64,000 nucleotides of DNA from Thermoproteota archaeon (GTDB taxonomy: Archaea > Thermoproteota > Thermoprotei > Gearchaeales > Gearchaeaceae), in assembly GCA_032249235.1 (NCBI GenBank), contig JAVVGF010000004.1, forward strand, positions 135,316-199,315, given 5' to 3'. The stretch's first letter is position 1. Every line of letters starts with the position of its first letter. The translations under genes were made by a program, and so were the position numbers. The notes beneath the pieces are model-generated. The model made no database searches, was not told the origin of the DNA, and worked only from the letters and a program-made list of their open reading frames with translations. Positions 10,940-22,030 of this stretch are shown one piece after another.

Positions 10940-11890
10940 TTAATAAAGCCAGCAACTTACGAAGTGTTCATTCCCCACTTTGATCAATTTAGGTTCATTT
11001 TTAATACATCTTTCAAAGGAATAAGGACATCTAGGATGAAATCTACAACCTGATGGGATATTTATAGCGCTTTGTAGCTCCCCTTGTAAAGTAATCCTTT
11101 CTAGTTTCTTTATTCCAGGTTCGGGTATTGCAGATAAAAGAGCCTGAGTATAAGGATGCAAAGGATTTTCAAATATTTCTTCTGAAGGTGCATACTCTAC
11201 AATTTTACCTAAATACATCACAGCAACATAGTCACTAATATATCTAACTATAGATAAATCGTGAGTTATTAAAAGATAAGAAAGCTTAAATTCCCTTTTT
11301 AAATCGATTAGCAAATTTAGTATTTGTGCTTGAATAGAAACATCAAGAGCAGATGTAGGCTCGTCTAGAATTACCAGTTTAGGTTTGATGATTAATGCTC
11401 TAGCAATTGCAACTCTTTGGACTTGCCCTCCACTGAGCTCATAAGGAGTTCTTTTAGCAATTTCCTTTTGTAAACCGACTTTATTTAAAAATTGGTTTAC
11501 TTCTTCTTTTATTTCCTCTTCATCCAAGTCTGAATGTATTTTCAACGGCTCTGCGATGATTGATTCTACCTTCATACGTGGATTCAAAGAAAGAAATGGA
11601 TTTTGGAATACTGCTTGTACGTTTTTTCTATACCATTTGATTTCATTTCCTTTTAGTTTAAAAACATCTTTTCCTTCAAATAAAATATTTCCTGCGGTGG
11701 GTTTTTCAAGTCTAAGAATGCATCTAGCTGTAGTTGTTTTCCCAGAACCTGATTCCCCAACAAGCGCTAAGACGCTATTTTCTTTTATTAAAAGATCAAT
11801 ACCGTCAACAGCTCTTACATAATCTATAATCTTGCCGAATATACCTTTTTTTATAGGAAAATATTTAACTAAATTTTCAACTTTAAGCAT
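10940..11890 (-). CDS. dppF: Oligopeptide ABC transporter ATP-binding protein
   Basis: Likely start MLKVENL; GESGSGKT, LSGGQ, LDEPTSALD, GCRFHPRC. Confidence 0.92.
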   Translation of the reverse strand: MLKVENLVKYFPIKKGIFGKIIDYVRAVDGIDLLIKENSVLALVGESGSGKTTTARCILRLEKPTAGNILFEGKDVFKLKGNEIKWYRKNVQAVFQNPFLSLNPRMKVESIIAEPLKIHSDLDEEEIKEEVNQFLNKVGLQKEIAKRTPYELSGGQVQRVAIARALIIKPKLVILDEPTSALDVSIQAQILNLLIDLKREFKLSYLLITHDLSIVRYISDYVAVMYLGKIVEYAPSEEIFENPLHPYTQALLSAIPEPGIKKLERITLQGELQSAINIPSGCRFHPRCPYSFERCIKNEPKLIKVGNEHFVSCWLY

Positions 11891-12869
11891 TACCATTATA
11901 ATAATTATAGCAGGCAACTTTATGGGTAGGAGTAATTTCTATGAATTTGGGCATGCTAATGGAACATTCTGGCTTGGCAAATTCACATCTTTCAACGAAA
12001 GGACATCCATGAGGCGGATTTCTTAAATCTGGAAGCATACCTGGTATTTCTTTAATTCTAGGCATTTTTTTCGTTATTCTTGGAATTGTTTCTAATAACT
12101 TAATGGTATAAGGATGCAAAGGATTCTTAAATATTTCTTCAACAAGACCTTCTTCAAGTATTTTTCCTGCATACATTATTACTATTCTATCTGCTATTTC
12201 AGATGCGATGCCTAAGTTATGGGTGATAAATAACATAGAAAGACCGACTTCTCTTTTCAGCTCTTTGAGAAGTTTCAAAATCTGTGCCTGTATGGTAACA
12301 TCTAGCATAGTTGTAGGTTCATCAGCTATTAACAATTTAGGTCTACTTGTCAATGCAATTGCTATACATGCTCTCTGCAACATCCCTCCTGAAAGTTCAT
12401 GTGGATAAGATCTAAATACTCGTTGAGGATCAGGTAAACCTACTCTTTTTAAAATATTTTCACATATTTCATAGATTTCCTTTTCATCTATTATATCTAG
12501 AGTATTTTTTATAACATCTTTCATATGTTCACCTATTGTAAATAATGGATTTAACGAAGCTGCAGGGTCTTGAAACACCATAGAGATTGATTTTCTTATA
12601 TATGTTTGCAATTCATCCTCTTTCAGATTTAATATATCTTTTCCTTCAAATATTATACTTCCGCTCATAATTTTTGCATTCACAGGTAATGCTCTAACTA
12701 TTGCTAATCCTAAAGTTGATTTGCCTGAACCTGATTCTCCAACAATACAAACGACTTCTCCTTTTCTTAATTCAAGATCTACATTGCGTATTGCTTTTAT
12801 AATTCCTTCAGAAGTATAATAATAAATACTTAAGTTTTTTATTTTTAATAAAATATCATGCTTGTTCAT
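11883..12869 (-). CDS. dppD: Oligopeptide ABC transporter ATP-binding protein
   Basis: GESGSGKS, YPHELSGGM, IADEPTTMLD, GCPFVERC. Confidence 0.92.
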   Translation of the reverse strand: MNKHDILLKIKNLSIYYYTSEGIIKAIRNVDLELRKGEVVCIVGESGSGKSTLGLAIVRALPVNAKIMSGSIIFEGKDILNLKEDELQTYIRKSISMVFQDPAASLNPLFTIGEHMKDVIKNTLDIIDEKEIYEICENILKRVGLPDPQRVFRSYPHELSGGMLQRACIAIALTSRPKLLIADEPTTMLDVTIQAQILKLLKELKREVGLSMLFITHNLGIASEIADRIVIMYAGKILEEGLVEEIFKNPLHPYTIKLLETIPRITKKMPRIKEIPGMLPDLRNPPHGCPFVERCEFAKPECSISMPKFIEITPTHKVACYNYYNGNA

Positions 12870-12870
12870 T

Positions 12871-13743
12871 TTATATACCTTTTATTATTAATAGTCTTTT
12901 TAATTTTGGATCCATTATTTCTCTTATAGCATCTGATAATAGATTAAATCCTATTACTATAATAACTAAAGCTAATCCAGGAAATATTGAAATCCACCAT
13001 GCTCTATTGATAGATTGCCAACCTTGGCTTATCAATAAACCCCATTCAGGTATAGGAGGAGGTACTCCAATTCCTAAGAAACTTAAAGCTGCAGCTTCCA
13101 AAACCGCAGAGCCCATATCCAAAGATGCTTGAACTGTAACAGGTGTAAGTGAATTCGGGAGTATATACTTAAACATTATTCTGGTATTACTTAAACCTAT
13201 TACTTTTGCGCCATCAATGAAAGGTAATGTTTTAATAGAATTAACTTGAATAAAAACCAATCTAGCATACCATGGCCACCATGCTATAGCTAATGCGATG
13301 ATAACATTAATCAGTCCTCTACCTAACGTGGCAGCCAGCGCTATAGCAAGAAGGAGAGGCGGGAAGGCGAAGAACATGTCAGTAATTCTCATAAGCAGAG
13401 TAGCAATTCTTCCTCCTGCATAACCGGCAATAAGACCTATAAGTATTCCTATTAATAGTGCTACTCCTACTACTCCTGTTGCTATAATAAGAGAGAATCT
13501 TGTACCTAACAATACTCTATTAAACATGTCTCTTCCATATTCATCTGTTCCAAATGGATGACTTAATGAAGGAGGTAGATACGCCTTGGTAACGTCATAG
13601 GTATTGCCCCATGCGTCGTTCGGTCTTGTTAAAATATACGGTGCGATAATTCCTAGAGTAATAAAACCTACAACTATTATTAACCCGATAAATGAAATAA
13701 TATCTTTCTTAACAAGCTTTAATATCTCGGATATTTCTGACAT
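12871..13743 (-). CDS. dppC: Dpp/Opp ABC transporter permease C
   Basis: HPFGTDEYGRD, EAAALSFLG, PEWG, FNLLSD. Confidence 0.92.
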   Translation of the reverse strand: MSEISEILKLVKKDIISFIGLIIVVGFITLGIIAPYILTRPNDAWGNTYDVTKAYLPPSLSHPFGTDEYGRDMFNRVLLGTRFSLIIATGVVGVALLIGILIGLIAGYAGGRIATLLMRITDMFFAFPPLLLAIALAATLGRGLINVIIALAIAWWPWYARLVFIQVNSIKTLPFIDGAKVIGLSNTRIMFKYILPNSLTPVTVQASLDMGSAVLEAAALSFLGIGVPPPIPEWGLLISQGWQSINRAWWISIFPGLALVIIVIGFNLLSDAIREIMDPKLKRLLIIKGI

Positions 13744-14765
13744 TATAATTTAACTCTTGGATCTATAATAGCATGCAATATATCAACAAGCATATTTATT
13801 GTGGTATAAAATATAGCGATTATGATTACAACAGCTATGACTGCTGGATAATCAAAACTCAAAAGAGACATTGCGAGATATAGTCCTATTCCTGGCCAAA
13901 CAAAAATTAATTCTACTAGAAATGCACCAACTATGGTATAACCAAAAGATAGACCTAATGATGCTACAACAGGAGCTATGGCATTTTTTAAGGCATACTT
14001 ATATACGATAAGCCTTTGCGATATGCCCCATACATTAGCGCTTCTAATATATTGTTCGTTTAAAACCTCTACCATTAAAGCTCTAGTCATCCTTGCACTA
14101 AGGCTCATGGGATATATAGAAAGAACTAAAGAAGGTAAAATAATATGCTGTAATACATCGAGAAATATAGCAATATTACCTTGGATTAAAGAATCTAATA
14201 AATAAAAGCCTGTAATTGGCTGAAAGCCTGTCTGAATAACTAATATATCATTTACTCTTCCTCCAGCAGGTAAAACGCGCAACCATGTTCCAAATATTAA
14301 CTGAACTACAAGAGCTAACCAGAAAGTCGGTAAAGAAGCACCTATCACAGTAATAATTTTTATGATATTATCTGTAATCTTTCCTCTTTTCAATGCGGCA
14401 AATATTCCTAAAGGAATGCCTATAACTATTGCAATGGTGAACGCCACAATAATTAATTCAAGAGTAGCAGGGAGTGCATGAGCTATATCATCTAAGACAG
14501 GCGTTTTAGTTCTCCATGATATGCCCCAATTACCATTAAATAAGTCTAAAAGATACAAGTATAATTGAACTAGAATATTTTCATTAAGGTGAAGTTCTTC
14601 TCTCGCTTTTTGTAATTGTTCTGGAGTTGGATGAGGTCCTGCCCATAGAAATTCAGGTCGAGCAGGTATAACTCTTGTGATTATGAATACTATAATTACT
14701 ACACCAAAAATAACAACAATTTGCGAAAATATTCGTTTAACTAAATATTCTCTGGTAATAGGCAT
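13743..14765 (-). CDS. dppB: Dpp/Opp ABC transporter permease B
   Basis: PATLEL, ELIFVWPGIG, IDPRV. Confidence 0.92.
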   Translation of the reverse strand: MPITREYLVKRIFSQIVVIFGVVIIVFIITRVIPARPEFLWAGPHPTPEQLQKAREELHLNENILVQLYLYLLDLFNGNWGISWRTKTPVLDDIAHALPATLELIIVAFTIAIVIGIPLGIFAALKRGKITDNIIKIITVIGASLPTFWLALVVQLIFGTWLRVLPAGGRVNDILVIQTGFQPITGFYLLDSLIQGNIAIFLDVLQHIILPSLVLSIYPMSLSARMTRALMVEVLNEQYIRSANVWGISQRLIVYKYALKNAIAPVVASLGLSFGYTIVGAFLVELIFVWPGIGLYLAMSLLSFDYPAVIAVVIIIAIFYTTINMLVDILHAIIDPRVKL

Positions 14766-14798
14766 AAATTAAAAAAAAATTTAAGTTGGTGAGCAATA

Positions 14799-16439
14799 CT
14801 AGCCTTCAACGCTTAATAATTGTGGGAATATAACTGTAGGGTATGCTGGGTTTATTGCGTTTTCTAAGTTACTTATTCTTGTAGTTGATACTCTTACATC
14901 TACAGAATCCCACAAAGGTATCACAGGTGCATCATTGTATATTATTTTTTGAGCTTCAAAATATAATTGCAGAGATTTATTCGGGTTTATTCCTTCCCAA
15001 TAATGTGCCTTGTTTATGAGATCGTCGAATGTCGGATTGACATAATAAGCTAAATTGAATAATTGACTTTCACTTGAATACATGTTATAGAGAAAATCGT
15101 AGGGCGTTATATACGTTGGCCACCAGTACATTATGAAAAGATCTTGAGCCGCAGTTGGATTTTTCCAACCGCTTTGCGCAAGAGACCACTGTTCATCCCA
15201 ACTCATAGGTCTAACCTCAACATTGATACCAATTTTTGCCAACGCTGTTCTTATCAATTCAGCAGTCCTTTGTTCATATATGTCACCTGCAGTATATGTT
15301 AGTAATAACGTTCTGTTTATCCCATTCGGTAAACCGGCTTGAGAAAGCAACTGTTTTGCTAAAGTTAGATTATAAGAATACGTGAAATTATCGAAATGAC
15401 CCCACATTCCATGAGGTATTGGTCCGCTGGCAACAGTTGCCAATCCGCTTCTTGCTATTTTTACTATGTCTTCATATGGAATGGCATGAGCTATTGCTTT
15501 TCTTACTAAAATATTATCTAATGGTGCTTTCTTTGTATTGATGAACATTAAAAGATTCTGAAAACTTGGCTTGACAACAACTCTCAAGTTGGGGCTATTC
15601 TTTAATTTATCAAGGTCTTCCAAGGGGACATATTGAGCAATATCGATAGAACCTGATTCAACTAATCTTTCTTGAGTTACACTATCTTTTACTATCTTAA
15701 CAATAAATATATCTGGGGCTTTATCCGATTTTAATGGATAATTAGGATCATTCCATCCCCACCACTCATTGAACTTTTCAAGGATAACCTCATTTTCTGG
15801 ATCCCATTTGACTAACTTATAAGGCCCTGAACCAGCATCATGTCCTGAATTGAACCAATCAGCTATTTTTGAATCGGTGGAATTTTTAGCGTTTGCATAT
15901 TTAATGACTTCAGGGCTAAATATCCATGCACCATATGATGATGCAACTATTTTATCAAGAGGTGCTGGATATTTCAAATAGAAGACAACGGTATAATTAT
16001 CAGGTGTTTCTATTCTATCTACAGGCGACCATATGAATGCAGCACCTTGACCTAATGCCATAGTTCTTTCAATTGAAAATTTCACAGCAAATGCATTTAC
16101 GGGAGCACCATCATGGAATTTTGCATTTGTTCTTAAATGAAATGTCCAAACAGTACCGTTATTACTGCTTTCATAACTTTGAGCTAAAGTAGGTATGAAT
16201 TTATCTTTTAAAGGATCATAAGTTAGCAATGGTTCATAAACAACAGCCATCCAAAGTATAGAATTTGAAAAATCTGTGCTTGGATCTGCGGTGGTCATTT
16301 CAGATAATGAAGCATAAGTGACGGATATTTTCTTTGTGGCAGGAGGTGTTGGTTTCATAAAACTGTAGTAAATTCCAATTATCCCAGCTACTACTATAAC
16401 AGCTATAATTATTCCTATAAATAAGGTGGTTCGTTTCAT
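14799..16439 (-). CDS. dppA: ABC transporter substrate-binding protein, family 5
   Basis: N-terminal TM, YEPLL, WTFHLR..AKFHDG, GSGPYKL; first gene of a dppABCDF-DUF917-racemase operon. Confidence 0.92.
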   Translation of the reverse strand: MKRTTLFIGIIIAVIVVAGIIGIYYSFMKPTPPATKKISVTYASLSEMTTADPSTDFSNSILWMAVVYEPLLTYDPLKDKFIPTLAQSYESSNNGTVWTFHLRTNAKFHDGAPVNAFAVKFSIERTMALGQGAAFIWSPVDRIETPDNYTVVFYLKYPAPLDKIVASSYGAWIFSPEVIKYANAKNSTDSKIADWFNSGHDAGSGPYKLVKWDPENEVILEKFNEWWGWNDPNYPLKSDKAPDIFIVKIVKDSVTQERLVESGSIDIAQYVPLEDLDKLKNSPNLRVVVKPSFQNLLMFINTKKAPLDNILVRKAIAHAIPYEDIVKIARSGLATVASGPIPHGMWGHFDNFTYSYNLTLAKQLLSQAGLPNGINRTLLLTYTAGDIYEQRTAELIRTALAKIGINVEVRPMSWDEQWSLAQSGWKNPTAAQDLFIMYWWPTYITPYDFLYNMYSSESQLFNLAYYVNPTFDDLINKAHYWEGINPNKSLQLYFEAQKIIYNDAPVIPLWDSVDVRVSTTRISNLENAINPAYPTVIFPQLLSVEG

Positions 16440-16548
16440 CTCTAATATTCTTTATCCTCTTAACAATTTAAACTTGATTTTATGCTAAAAATGTCTAGTC
16501 ATCTAAGATTATAAAAAGTTTAAATAATCGATTTAATATTATTCATTA

Positions 16549-17079
16549 ATGAGCCACACAATTGAAATTTTTTCAGGAAATTGCTATTTTTGTAAAAGGA
16601 CAATTAATATTATTGAAGCAGGCAAATGTTATGGTTGCAAGCTTATTGTTTATGATTTAAGTAATGTAAATGAAGAGATAATAAAGAAAATTAGAGAATA
16701 TAAAATAAATTCTGTTCCAACAATAATCATAGATGGAAAAATAAAGATTATAGGGTTACCGAATTTTGCATGGACATGCGATGACAAATTTTATAATTAT
16801 TTAGAAATAGCAAAGAAGATTAAAGAATTTATAAGCAAAAAATATGATGAAAATGCAAAAGTTATAGTTTTCGGAAGCGTTCCTAAAGGAACATATACGC
16901 CTTTAAGCGATTTAGATATACTTATAGTTAGTGATAAAATAAAAGAATATGCCAAAACTGTTGTTGAGATTAAGGAATATTTAAACGATTTCTTCGCTCC
17001 GATAGAATTTCATTTCGCTACAGATGAGGTCTTCAATAGATGGTATAAAAAATTTTTGGATTATTATGTTGAAGTCTAA
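16549..17079 (+). CDS. Thioredoxin-like (CxxC) domain fused to a minimal nucleotidyltransferase (MNT) domain
   Basis: N-half: GNCYFC, CYGC, SVPTIIIDGK. C-half: VFGSVPKGTYTPLSDLDILIV (GS..DxD). Confidence 0.72.
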   Translation: MSHTIEIFSGNCYFCKRTINIIEAGKCYGCKLIVYDLSNVNEEIIKKIREYKINSVPTIIIDGKIKIIGLPNFAWTCDDKFYNYLEIAKKIKEFISKKYDENAKVIVFGSVPKGTYTPLSDLDILIVSDKIKEYAKTVVEIKEYLNDFFAPIEFHFATDEVFNRWYKKFLDYYVEV

Positions 17080-17269
17080 ATTATAAAATATAAGGTAAAT
17101 TATTTGAATTATAACATTATATTTTTACTTGAGTATAACTATTATCTTATCTAAAACTTTTACTCTTAAGATACCGAAAATTAAATTTCAGCACAACATT
17201 CAGAGCAAGTAAAACAACGATACCTAAAAATACAAACTAAAGATAAAGTTGAATTATGTAAAAAATCAA

Positions 17270-18769
17270 TTACGCTTTATATTTTCTAATTATTCTTACA
17301 ATGGCTATCACTGTGACTATAGCTATGATAATGATTAACAAAATTATTAAAAATGAAAAATCAAATTGGAGCGTTTGGGTAGTATAAGTTTTAGTTGATG
17401 AAGTTTCTATTGTCAATGTAGGAATAGTAATATTAGGAATAGGAGGCGTTGTGATATTTATCATTAAGGATTTCACGAATGGATAATTATCTTTATTTTT
17501 ACTATAAATGACGTATGGAACGTCTACGATATCGTCACTTCCTGGAATATCTTGATTTGGTCCTTTCTTTTCGTCTTTACCTGAATAATTACTCCAATAA
17601 TTTCCACCAACAGGGTAGCCATTATCCCAATTATTTGTTGAAGGAAAAATATTTGAAATAAACTTATAATCATCGGCAACTTGCAGAGTGTTATTTATAA
17701 AATTATTATTGTAGATAATGTTTTGTGAAGAATTTTGAACGCGAATTCCAGCTTCATTATTCTTTATAATATTATTATTGACGGTATTAGTGGTAGATCG
17801 TATTAAATATATTCCATTCTTGTTATTTTGTATTATATTATAGTTGATGCTAATGTATGAAGATTGCATTAATTCGATACCATGGTTGGTATTTTCTATA
17901 TCATTACCGCTTAAAGTATTATGAGATGAAATGAAAATAGTAACGCCATAATTACTTTCCTTTATCATGTTATATTTGATAGTACTATTCGAGGATTGAA
18001 AAACAGTTATGCCGGCACTGGGACTCAATATTCCCGTGAATCCGTTTTCTATTTTGTTATGGCTAACAGTTATATTATTAGATGTTCCAACTGATATGGA
18101 ATCATATTGAATTAACATAAAATTATTGTCTATGATTATACTATTTGCTGATTCAAGTAGTTGAATCCCTATGTTGCTTTTTTCTATATTATTCTTAAAA
18201 ATAATAATACTCGAAACTTTACTTGCATATATACCAAGTTCTTTGTTGTTTGTCAAGATATTTTCTGTTATGATACAATTTGAATTTTTTATGACTTCAA
18301 TACCGTGTCCGTTGTTCTCTTCTATTTTATTTTTAGTTATAATGCAATTGTCTCCCCTCGCAGATATACCGCTGAAGAAACCTCTAATGTTAATATTCTT
18401 TATTGCAACATTTTTACCATTTACAAGTATTCCTGAAAAATTACCTGAACCTATAATAGTATATCCTGCGCCATCTAATACTATATTAGACCTTAGAATG
18501 TTTATTGCAAAGGAATCTGTAAAAATATGATCAGTTAATTTATATGTTACTTTATCACTAGTTTCAATTGGGGCATCCTTTGGGTTTATACTTCCATCTG
18601 CTTCGATGGTAATGCTTCCTTGATAACCTTTAACAGGCTTGAAACTAATGGATAAGTTTAACAAGCTTAAAATTATTATAAAAATAAGTGTAATTCCAAA
18701 AATTGTTTTCCTGTGGCTATTAACTATTTTATTATTACTTCTTTTAATGTGCTCTATACCATATTCCAT
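17270..18769 (-). CDS. Secreted, membrane-anchored right-handed beta-helix (NosD/CASH) repeat protein
   Basis: N-terminal signal/TM, repeated N-x-I..N..GI-x-L motifs, GGNYWS, T/P-rich linker, C-terminal TM. Confidence 0.85.
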   Translation of the reverse strand: MEYGIEHIKRSNNKIVNSHRKTIFGITLIFIIILSLLNLSISFKPVKGYQGSITIEADGSINPKDAPIETSDKVTYKLTDHIFTDSFAINILRSNIVLDGAGYTIIGSGNFSGILVNGKNVAIKNINIRGFFSGISARGDNCIITKNKIEENNGHGIEVIKNSNCIITENILTNNKELGIYASKVSSIIIFKNNIEKSNIGIQLLESANSIIIDNNFMLIQYDSISVGTSNNITVSHNKIENGFTGILSPSAGITVFQSSNSTIKYNMIKESNYGVTIFISSHNTLSGNDIENTNHGIELMQSSYISINYNIIQNNKNGIYLIRSTTNTVNNNIIKNNEAGIRVQNSSQNIIYNNNFINNTLQVADDYKFISNIFPSTNNWDNGYPVGGNYWSNYSGKDEKKGPNQDIPGSDDIVDVPYVIYSKNKDNYPFVKSLMINITTPPIPNITIPTLTIETSSTKTYTTQTLQFDFSFLIILLIIIIAIVTVIAIVRIIRKYKA

Positions 18770-19148
18770 AAACCATGTAAAAATAAGGATTATAAAAATT
18801 TTATGATTGAATAAGTTTACATTAAAACTACGATCTACATCTTTAATAGTTTGGGCTTATGAACTTATAGCGTCAGCAGGCTTATACAACTTGCTACGTT
18901 TTATTGAACAAAAAATAAAGAGAGACTTTTCGCGAATATGATATATGTCTTCTATTCAATTAATTTTTTAGTCATGGTAAAAAATATATTGGTAATAATG
19001 TTTAATTTATTTTTTTAATATACTATTAATTAAGCTTTGTAAATGTAGATATGATAAAAATAAGATATGCAATTATTAAAGTAAAAATAATGATAATCAT
19101 TTTTAAATTAGTAAACTAATTTTTTAGAGCTGAATTTTTATCTAAGAA

Positions 19149-19817
19149 TTATTTTACCACACTTAATTCTTCTTTTTTTATTATCTTTGGCGGAGGTTCG
19201 CAACCTTCAAGCCAAATCATTGCTAGTGTTTGAAAATCTGGAGGTATAACTTCGCGATCTATTTTTATATCAAGAACAGCAGGAAAACCTGATAGTTTTG
19301 CCCTCTCTAGTGCTCCTCTAATTTCTTTTGGATCTTCAATACTTTCGCCGTAGCATCCCATAGCTTTAGCAATCAAATCATATCTGATCTCGCCGAAATC
19401 TACACCGATATACCTTTTTTCATAATATAATGTTTGACCTGCTTTTATCATGCCCCATGCAGAATCATTTAATACTACAAAGGTGATTTGCAATCCTAAT
19501 CTTTTGGCTGTTTCTAATTCTGCAATTCCCATACTGAAAGCACCATCGCCTGTTATGCAATAAACTCCTCCTATTAAATTAGCTGCACCAGGACCTACAG
19601 TTGCTACGACTACACCTAATTCACCAGTAATTCTAGCCCATGCATCCGCAGCATGTGCAGCGTTTGCTTCGTGATGAAATGTTACGAATTTTATATTGCT
19701 ATCGTATAGGGCATTCAAAAAAGGATAAAGCTGATCACCAGGAACGCCAAATACATATCGAACTCCTTCTTTTTCTAGTACTCTTTTAAGGACTTCGCCT
19801 CCTGTTATCCTAGCCAT
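19149..19817 (-). pseudogene. Acetolactate synthase-like ThDP enzyme with a large in-frame internal deletion
   Basis: N-terminal PYR-domain start (FGVPG, HEANAAHAADAWAR, GPGAAN) joined directly to the C-terminal GDGAF...NDSAWGMI ThDP motif. 222 aa versus about 550 expected. Confidence 0.75.
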
Positions 19818-19981
19818 AGAACATCTTCATATAGATAAAGCAATTTAAATATATAAATCATAGCTTACATATAAATAGCTTTAAGAAACTATCATTTTTT
19901 AAATGAATATTACGTGAAATAATAGTCAATTTTAATTTTCTAACGATGGAAGTTAGCTAACTATACAAGAATTACGCCGAT

Positions 19982-20092
19982 TTCTGTATTCTCGTGCCAA
20001 AGCTGATGTTTTCTTTTTTAGTCCATTTGATTCTCAACTTTGATTCGAGGATATTTTCTCATTTGCTGATAGTCGAAGCATCAGAGCATCTA
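19982..20092 (-). mobile_element. Highly degenerate IS200/IS605 (tnpB 3' end / right end) scar
   Basis: Shares TTTCTCATTTGCTG and a similarly spaced TCAGAGC with the scar at 42.5-42.65 kb. The minus strand resembles the remembered crenarchaeal tnpB tail (gctctga..cgact..atga..cgaatc). Confidence 0.45.
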
Positions 20093-20395
20093 TTCTCATT
20101 CTAAGGAATTGGAGCTTCAATTAAATAAGGATGGCAAACCTAAATTTGATCCTTCGTTAAAATTGAAAAATGAAAAGCTGATTGTTTCTTTTAAGTCCTA
20201 TCAGCCCATGATTGAGCTCATGAGGTTGCTATATATCTAAACATTCGCTTGAATTATTCTCACAAAAATGTCAGACTTTTTATTTGTAAGAAGAATGACA
20301 TCTTCTTCAAATCCTAAAGTACTTTTTGTTTAATTCATATCTCACCAATGTTAAGAAGCAAAAAATTATTTAATTCAACGTAAGTAGAATAGGGT

Positions 20396-21442
20396 ATGTT
20401 TGAGGATATTACAATACAGATAGTTATTTTGGCTTTAATACTCGTATTACCCTTCATATCTAAAAAAGTAGAACATAATATCGAGTTCTTTTTCCTAGCA
20501 TTAGGTATTTTTGCTGTATTATTTACAGGCTTGTTATCATTCAAATTAATCGAAGAAGCATTGCTTCATCCTGTAATGATAGGAGGCTTACCGATAGGAA
20601 TTACGCAAGCTGTTTTGCTTGCAGGTCTCTTTTTCTATATGATTAGAGAAAGAATTGATAAAATTGCAAATAAGCTTGTAAAATCATATATCTTACCTCT
20701 CACAATTTTCGGCATCTCATTTTTATCTAGTGTTATATCTGCAATTGTCGCTAGCGCCATATTTGCTGAACTCTTAGGTTATGCGAAAATTAATAGAGAA
20801 GCTAAAGTAAAAATAACAATCGTCTCAGCTTTCGCAATAGGTATTGGCGCAGTGCTTTTTCCTTTAGGAGAACCATTATCTACTATAGTTATAGCGAAGT
20901 TGAGTAGAGAACCTTATCATGCTGGCTTCACTTTTTTGTTCGATAATATGTGGCATATAGTTATACCATTGCTTTTATTTTTTTCAGTTTTATCGCTTTT
21001 TTACATAAAAGATAATAATACTGAAATTATATTGATTTCAAAAAACGAATATGGCATAAAAGATATTTTTATACGAACTCTAAAAGTCTATATTTTTGTA
21101 TTTGCTTTAACTTTATTGGGTGAATTCTTTAAGCCTTTAGCTGAACCTGTAGCGAAAATGGGAATAGAATTTCTCTATTTCTTCGGTCTCATATCTGCTG
21201 CAGCAGATAATGCAACATTAGCCGCTGCACTCGTAAGTGGAGAAATGCATCTTTATGAAATAAAGGCATTTGTAGCTTCTTTAACAATTGCAGGAGGCTT
21301 TTTAATACCTGGGAATATACCTAACATAATATTTGCGAGTATTCTTAAAATAGGATTTAAGGAATGGGCTAAAATAGCTTTACCAATAGGAATGCCAGTA
21401 TTTTTAGTTAGCGGTTTGCTCTTATTGATATTTAATCTATAA
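20396..21442 (+). CDS. DUF1646 family membrane protein (putative ion transporter)
   Basis: LPFISKKVEHNIEFF, PLGEPLSTI, DNATLAAA, LIPGNIPNII; multiple TM segments. Confidence 0.8.
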   Translation: MFEDITIQIVILALILVLPFISKKVEHNIEFFFLALGIFAVLFTGLLSFKLIEEALLHPVMIGGLPIGITQAVLLAGLFFYMIRERIDKIANKLVKSYILPLTIFGISFLSSVISAIVASAIFAELLGYAKINREAKVKITIVSAFAIGIGAVLFPLGEPLSTIVIAKLSREPYHAGFTFLFDNMWHIVIPLLLFFSVLSLFYIKDNNTEIILISKNEYGIKDIFIRTLKVYIFVFALTLLGEFFKPLAEPVAKMGIEFLYFFGLISAAADNATLAAALVSGEMHLYEIKAFVASLTIAGGFLIPGNIPNIIFASILKIGFKEWAKIALPIGMPVFLVSGLLLLIFNL

Positions 21443-21546
21443 TTTTTAAACTTATAATTCATTTCGTTTAAATAACTCCTATTAATACTTAGTAGTTTTA
21501 GTTGATCTCTCAAATATTTTTATAATCTAAGTATATTTTAGTATTT

Positions 21547-21972
21547 ATGAGAAATATAGCAAATATATTTGCATGGATTGGTCTTATATTTTTAGTTCTA
21601 TCTATTATATTACTACTAGTTATTATTTCATTAATAAGCACTTCTATAGTAAACATGGATCTCTTTCTTATTATAATTTTTTAGAGTTGTTGCATTATTA
21701 ATTATTGGATCTACGTGGATTATCTCTATTGCTTTTTATATTATTGCATAGGTGATTAGTTCAGGAAAAAGTTCAAGAAAGCTTTCAACACCATTCTTCA
21801 TTGGTGGAGGTCTTCATTTATTAATTTCAGCTTTTGCTTCTATTTTAATAATCCCTAATCCTCAAATGATAGATTTTAATGCATCGTGGACTTTAGTTTT
21901 TCATTTATTTTTCATAATATTTCCTTAGTTAAGTTAATGCAAATAGTGATGGGGATTAAAAGAATAGCATGA
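21547..21972 (+). pseudogene. Fragmented membrane-protein gene
   Basis: Begins MRNIANIFAWIGLIFLVLSII...; hydrophobic reading continues across stops and frameshifts (STWIISIAFYIIA*VISSGKSSRKLSTPFFIGGGLHLLISAF). Confidence 0.45.
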
Positions 21973-22030
21973 TTATTTTGTAAGATATTAAATAAGCAAG
22001 CTTAAGTAAGAGGACATTTTATAAGAATTT

